Assembly (NCBI GenBank): GCA_951406725.2
Contig: OX597830.1
Location: 74,524,001 to 74,588,000, forward strand
Direction: 5' to 3'
Source: Octopus vulgaris
Taxonomy: Eukaryota
DNA: 64,000 bases
A program made the translations under genes and the position numbers. A model generated the notes under the pieces. That model had not been told where the DNA came from. It saw only the letters and a program-made list of their open reading frames with translations, and searched no databases. This document shows positions 56,161 through 64,000 of the stretch, in pieces (the first letter of the stretch is position 1; every line of letters begins with the position of its first letter).

Positions 56161-56258
56161 GAATATATCACATACAACACAAGGAATATTCCCCTTCTTC
56201 AGTTGTCCCTGTTTCATCTACCCTGCGTTTCGAAGTGAGGTAACATCAGTGTTAGTTA

Positions 56259-56380
56259 AGGCGGCGAGCTGGCAGAAACGTTAGCACGCCGGGTGAAATA
56301 CTTAGCGGTATTTCGTCTGCCGTTACTTCCTGAGTTCAAATTCCACCGAGGTCGACTTTGCCTTTCATCCTTTCGGGGTA
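56259..56380 (+). mobile_element. SINE family B, 5' part
   Basis: ggcggcgagctggcagaaacgttagcacgccggg...gagttcaaattcc.ccgaggtcgactttgcc. Confidence 0.85.
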
Positions 56381-57439
56381 GTAAAGAAATAGAAACTTTA
56401 ATACGCCTGGACATGATGCTGAGCAACATCACGTTTGTCTTCATGATGTAATTCGAAACTCCGAAATGGTAGAATTTGTACATGAATACCAGTTGAGCAC
56501 TGGTGTTCTTGTAATCGACTAGCACCCTCTTGTGACTATGGTAGAAACAAATTTTGTTAACATTACTTCCACAGGTTTTCCAAAGCTTGTTTCTCTGTCT
56601 GTACGGGTTGCTCGCGCTATTGTCGGAATTTAGAATCGAGTTATCGCTAATCAACCAAGACTAGTTTGTAACATGTTCCTGCTGCATAAAACCACGCCTT
56701 TTGTTATGTAAATCACTGAATATATTACAACTTCTACCCTGCGTTCACTAACACAATTGGGTAAGTGTTCTAGAAGAATTGGCTGCTATTTCTAGTTGGT
56801 GTGCATAAACAACCAGGTATTGGTTCACTAATATTTTACATGTTTGTATGCATACATTGTTATATATGCATGTAAGCATTCATATATGAATGTTTATGTG
56901 CACGTACGTATACATACGTTTATGCATTTATATGTGTATATATATATATGCATGCACGTACATATGTATATAAGTGTATATGTGTGTGTATGTGTGTGCG
57001 TGTGCGTTCGTGTGTGTTTATTATATAACACAATTGTGCGTGTGAGGTAGCGTAACAGCAGATCAAACAAAGTTTTGCTATTAAAGTGTGCTAAATTATA
57101 TAAGCAGCATATGAAAGTCATTTGATGAGACGTTCACACAACACCATCACCTTATCTGATGAGATCTCTCCTGTTGACCTGTCTTATATCTGCTCTATCT
57201 TCCTCTACCATTCCATATCTCATCCCCCGCTAAATTCCTCTTTCCCCTGCACATTTGCATTCAATCTCCCTCTCTATTTATTTCATTTTATCACCCTCAC
57301 TTCCTCTCTCTCTCTCTCGCTCTTTCTCTCCTCTCATCTCCCTCTCTCTCACTCTCTCTCTCTCGCTCTCTGCATCTGCAGATACAAACATATGCATATA
57401 CGCAAGTATATATATGCATATATATCGATTTGTATATAT

Positions 57440-57470
<31 letters not shown>

Positions 57471-57685
57471 CACGCACACATACAAATATGTACGTACATC
57501 TATATATATATGCATATATATACATATATATATATACACATACAAATAATTATATACATATATATATATATATATATATGGATTTGTATACACACACACA
57601 CATATATATATATATACAAACACACACACAAATATGTACATACATCTATATATATATACATATATATATATACACATACAAATAA

Positions 57686-57734
<49 letters not shown>

Positions 57735-57956
57735 TATACATATATATATACACACACACACACACATATATATATATATGTAAATATATATATATATACA
57801 TGTATACATGCACATGCATATAAGTACACATACACACATACACATGTTTATGTATGAATAGGCATAAACGTATGCGGGTGTATGGGCATGCTTCTTTTCA
57901 TATTCCTGCTTATGCATATACATAGATATCTGGTTGTGTCTGTATGCGTACATGTA

Positions 57957-57990
<34 letters not shown>

Positions 57991-58298
57991 ACACATATAT
58001 ATACAACACATATATATATATACATACATATATATATGCATGTATATGTATATATATATATATATATATATACATACATATATGCATACATATATTATAC
58101 GCAAATCTCTTAGCGTGTATATGTTTCTATATAGATGCATACTTCAGTCGTTTTCAAAGACGGTTTGTATACAGGCATTATTATTAGTACATATTACTAT
58201 GTAAAGCTGTGGTGTTCATACGTTGCTGCCAGCCTTTGCATGTTTGAGAATCTGTATATGTATGTATATGGGTGTTTACATACATATATCTATATAAT

Positions 58299-58336
<38 letters not shown>

Positions 58337-58482
58337 AGTTTGCGTATGTAAGCGCATTAATGTGTATGGGTGTTTTCGTGCATGTGTTGATATATCGTTG
58401 AGTGAGTGTATGTGCGCAAGTCGTGTCCGTTTGTGCTTCTGTAGGTTTGTGTGTGCGTGTGCGCGTGTGTGTATGTGTATGC

Positions 58483-58520
<38 letters not shown>

Positions 58521-58667
58521 AAGAAATCATTTTTGGAAAATGCTAATAGGCGCAACCGACTATCTGACTGTAAAATGATCAGAAGACACATTCGTGTTGC
58601 ACAAAATATTCTTGTTGTTGTGGTTGTTGTTCACAGTGCTACACTTGCAAGCTCTGCGTTGCTGTCC

Positions 58668-58720
58668 GTGATGCTGATGATGATGATGATCGTGATTGCA
58701 AGCATGACAGTGATCAATGA

Positions 58721-58755
<35 letters not shown>

Positions 58756-58812
58756 GGGTGACGACGACGACGATGAAGATGAGGATGATGATGGTGTTGA
58801 TCGTGATGGTGG

Positions 58813-58843
<31 letters not shown>

Positions 58844-59067
58844 GATGAGTGTGACGACGACGACGACAACGATGATGATGATAGTGTTGGCGGTGATGTT
58901 GATGATGATGATGATGATGATGATGATGACGACGACGATGATGACGATGATGACGATGATGACGATGATGATGATGATGACGACGACGACAATGATGATG
59001 ATGATAATGATGATGATAACGATGATGAAGATGATAATGATGATGATGGTGGTGGTGGTGGTTGTCG

Positions 59068-59107
<40 letters not shown>

Positions 59108-59161
59108 GATGATGATGATGATGATGATGACGATGATGATGATGATGAGGATGATGATGAC

Positions 59162-59209
<48 letters not shown>

Positions 59210-59315
59210 GATGGTGGTGGTGATGATGATGACGATGGTGAAGACGTTGATGATGATGAAGATCAACATCATCATGCTGGTGATGGGAATGTTGATTATC
59301 ATAATGATGATGATG
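58668..59315. repeat. ~650-bp mosaic (GAT)/(GAC)/(GGT) microsatellite
   Basis: Directly visible; source of the spurious 353-aa ORF. Confidence 0.95.
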
Positions 59316-59540
59316 AGACCAACTGCTCTGCTTGGTTATTCATTCAATGTTTGTTGTGTTGCAGTTGTTTATTCTGTGTATTTTTGTTTGTTTGTTTGTT
59401 TTTGTTTTTTGTTTTTAACGTAATTTTAAGAGGGTTGTTTTCTGTTTGTTTTTATTTTGACAAAAATGAAAGAGAGGGTAAAAAAGCCAAAGCATTTGTG
59501 CGTATGTAAATTGTTCTGATGTATATATACATAAACATGC

Positions 59541-59600
<60 letters not shown>

Positions 59601-59882
59601 GTTTTTGCATACAACTTAGCATGTATATATGTCTTCTGTAAACAAAAATACATGTGTATATATATATATATACACAGACGCAAATAGATATGTATATATG
59701 TATGCTAGGTGGATGTGTATACACATGCATACACATGCACACACCTACACGTATATAAATACACACACATGCATATTTATATACATGTCAGGTGTGAATA
59801 TGCTTATGGGTCATTAAAATAAAACAAAGTGAAAACACATACACACATACACACCCTTCACACAAACCCTGTTCAAGCATAC

Positions 59883-59944
<62 letters not shown>

Positions 59945-60636
59945 ATATATATGCATATATATATGTATGTATGTAAGAATGTATACATATATACATAGAT
60001 GTATATATCCATATATATTTATGTATGCATTTATGTATATATATGTGTGTGTATATATTTCCATGGTTATACCCCTGCAGTTATTCGAAGCAAATATAAT
60101 TAGCTAACTCTAAGTTTATCTATCAGTCAATTCATAAAGCCTCATATTTCAAAAATTTTTGTAATTATCGATAAATCGCTTTGATGTGCAGTATTATCTC
60201 CCTTGGATTTTTATCGATTACCATAATCATCCATTTTTTATTCATTTATTTATTAAATGTTTTATTTTTAATTTATTTTTATCTATATTTTTTTTTCTTT
60301 TGAAAATATATTTTGTTTCTTTGTTTCTGGTTGATGCATCTTACGTTGAGGTGTTGTTGTTGGTGGTGTCGTTGATACTGGTGTTGGTGACGGTGGTGTT
60401 ACTGTCTTTGTTACAAACTTTTGTTGTTTTGTTTTTCGAGTTTTTCCCCTCATTTTTGTTTATGCTCAGTTTTAGCCGTTATTTTTATTGTGCTTTTAAC
60501 ATTTGCATTCGAATTTTTTTTTTTTTTCCTTTTTTGTTTTAGAGAAAATTCTTCATCCTTCTTTAGAATATATTTACATGCCTGTTTGGTCTTGGAGAAT
60601 GTTTTGAAAGAATTATGTATACATACGTGAGGATGT

Positions 60637-60685
<49 letters not shown>

Positions 60686-60882
60686 TGTGTGTGTATGTGT
60701 GTGTATTGCATACGTACACACAGGCAGACAGACACACACACACATATATTTATGCTCATATGTATGTCAGTTTTGCATAATGGTATTGCACTGTACCGTA
60801 TATCGAACGTCGCAGTGTAGCGTATCAATAATATATACATACACATATATATGTATATATAAATACATATATACATATATGC

Positions 60883-60958
<76 letters not shown>

Positions 60959-61425
60959 GTACACGCATATTTAGATATACATAAATATATTATGCATACA
61001 TACACATGTATATACAGTCACACTTATAAATAACTGCTTGTATATGCTTTATATATATATATATATATATATATATCTGTGTGTGTGTATGTATATATTT
61101 GTATAACTTTATGCTTTATATCTATGCTCTTCAACAATGTATTGAGTTCGCTATTTCTGATTTAGGAAAGCATTTGGAACATTAATAGATATATGTATTT
61201 ATAACTTTTCTCTTTTGAGTTCAACCCTTACACACGAATTTGTATGTGTGTGTGTGTGTGTGTTTGAGTGTGTGTGGGTTTCCATATATATACATATATA
61301 TATATACATATGTATGTATGTATATATGTATATATATATATATGAGTGTGTGTATGTTTATATGTGTGTGTATATATAGATATACATACACACATACACG
61401 TATGGGTATGTATGTATAAATATAT

Positions 61426-61460
<35 letters not shown>

Positions 61461-63247
61461 GATGTTTATTGTGTTTATGATGTAATTTATTAATAAACGT
61501 GGATAAACAAAATTCGCGTGTTCAATTCACAAGATCATACTAAATTCTCGGTAAGTTCTATTCTGTTTGTTCTACCGGGAACATAACATCTAAATTATTG
61601 CAGCTGTTGAATTAATAATAGCATTTGATATTTAAAGACTAAGAGAACATCTCATTACTGCATTTTGTTGTTGCGTAATACCACACCAATTCATAATTAT
61701 GAAAAAGTGATTCTGTTCAGATAAAAATAACAAATTTTTGTGAAATTTACTAAGACTCACTGAGGGGTCTTCAATATTTATTCATATTTATGTCAATAAT
61801 TTAGTCGCCATTACGAATTGAAAATCAACGTAAGATTTTACATAACCTGATAGCTATTCTTTTAGTCACAATTGGTAGCCTTCTTTTTATATCATCAGTA
61901 AAAATATTCAAGAAATATGTCATGTGTTGGTAAGATTTCTGATCATTCAAAACTTTTCTTCATGCCTTATTTGGCAGTCGTGGGCCCTCGAAATATCAAA
62001 CCATATTGTCATCTTGCACATCTGTGTGTGTGCGGGCATGCTTGTGAACATGAGTGTGGATGTGTTTAAGTGTATGTGTGTGTATGCGCGCCTATGTGTG
62101 TGAGCGTTTCTGCCTATTTATACATATATTATTGCTCTAGGTAACAGTTTATAATGTGGGGAGAGAGGTGCATTTTGAATTTAGTATTCTTTGTGATTCG
62201 TATTTAGGACCGATGAATGTCGTGTCACTCTGTCTGCTATGTAGATTGTCTCTTTAATAACATTATTTATTCAATTGTAACTTATATAATGAAAACATGG
62301 ATCTTGTTAGCACAGCTTCCATTGTTTGTATGGATACATATGTTTCGATATATATTTGTGTTTTTGTGAAATTATATGATGTTTATGGAAGCAGCAAGTG
62401 TCGAGCTTCTAATTGCAATCAATGACCAGATCAGTGTCAGCATCCCTACCGTTCTTACGTTAACAATCTCTTCATCTCCCGTTTTCCCATTCGCTCTGAA
62501 CTTTGTTTTCTCTAAAATTCACTTCGTGGGGTTTTTTTTCTGTCATTCAACAGGTTTTCTCCGAATACTGCCTATCGCATGCTTATCTACAAACACCACT
62601 TCTATTTTCTATCAATCTCGACAGCATCGAAGCTCTCGCATATTAAGTTAAAGTAATTGTTCAGGTTTGCGTGAAGAAGTACTTTGTACGAAACGTTGGA
62701 AACTTCTTTGACATCTAACAAACAAACATTCAATACGTTAAGCTTTACATATATATATATATATATACATTCATATTTATGCGGGATGTGTTGGGTTAAG
62801 AGATATGCGGAGGTGGGGCGGGGCGGGGCAGCGCGTATTTTAATACATACACACACGCAAACGCACAAAGAAGATACAAAGACAGATAAATAGATAGGCG
62901 GGAAAGTGTTTACACGATTGCGTGTGAGAAGGACATATAGCACCTAAAACCAACCACTTTTGTGGGTGTGAGATCGATTAATTGATCACTGTACTTGTCT
63001 CCCACTTACAATATCGACCTTGCAAGACATTCGTTTCAGCAGATTTTCAGCTCAGACTTCTATAGACATATTCTATATACCGTAAAGCTTTCTTTTTCTG
63101 AACAGTTTCCTGATACTATTATTGACGGGCCCATTACATATGACTGAGAAATTATCAAGAAAAAAGGATTTCATAATGTTATTTCCAATTTCATATATGT
63201 ATATACATATATGTGTGTATATGTGTTTGTGTATGTGTGTATGTATG

Positions 63248-63309
<62 letters not shown>

Positions 63310-63669
63310 AAGCAATTTAAGTTACAAACACTTGCCATCTGTCAATCTCTACTTAATCAAAGCTTTCACGGATTGAGTAACAAATTAAAGCTTGCATTTT
63401 CCGAAAGGATTACTTTGTGCGAAACGTCAGAAACTCACTAGCATGTTTTGGACAGAACTTAAAATACGTTAATGTTTGCAGATATATGGGCAGCGTTATT
63501 TCTGTATGTTTGTGTGTGTGTATGTGCGCGTGCGTGCGTGCGTGTGTATGTGTGTTGATTTACATATTTACATGTGTTTGTACGTACACACACGCAAAGT
63601 CAGAAGAAAAGGACAGAAAGGTAAATTGGCGCACATACAGACAGGCAGACAGACAGATTGATAGATAGG

Positions 63670-63766
<97 letters not shown>

Positions 63767-64000
63767 AGAGAGATAGAGAGAGATGTAGCATATTTATGTT
63801 AGATAATTTTGAGAATTCTATTTTCTTTGAGTGCATTCATATACCTAACGAACATTTTTAAAGTACAAGTTTTAAAGAATCATAATTTCTTCTTGCAATG
63901 CGTTCGTCAGATAAGTGAGTATGAGTGAATGGTACAGTACATAAAACCATGCAAATGTTCTTGGCTCAGGAGCGAGTGTGATTTGGTACCACATATCAAG

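Noticed and set aside
57150-57200. ctgatgag core
   Set aside because: No downstream GAAA or stems.
57122-58187. Many overlapping YIYI/THTH/CVCV ORFs here and throughout the window
   Set aside because: Dinucleotide repeat translations.
58362-59423. 353-aa poly-Met ORF
   Set aside because: Artefact of (TG)n and (GAT)n repeats.

Overview
AT-rich, microsatellite-saturated eukaryotic DNA with no recognisable host protein-coding exon. It is probably intronic or intergenic. The SINE families and repeat style suggest a coleoid cephalopod, probably Octopus; this is inferred from pattern recognition, not a database search. Almost all ORFs in the supplied track are artefacts of (TA)n, (TG)n, (TAA)n, (GAT)n or (TAGA)n repeats. 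The real content is decayed mobile DNA: four or five R4/Dong-clade non-LTR fragments (three directly downstream of (TAA)n tracts), a Penelope-like GIY-YIG remnant, a CR1-like LINE 3' end, a decayed Tc1, an internally deleted mariner with intact TIRs, Helitron/Helentron-like non-autonomous elements and about 20 tRNA-derived SINE copies from about five families. The most interesting signal is about eight minimal type I hammerhead-ribozyme (HHR) motifs with palindromic stem III, plus weaker remnants. Several lie in short (TA)n-flanked elements that carry an inverted copy of one end. One has a U3-A8 covariant core, and its inverted repeat starts exactly at the predicted cleavage site. All structures were paired by eye and none was computed.
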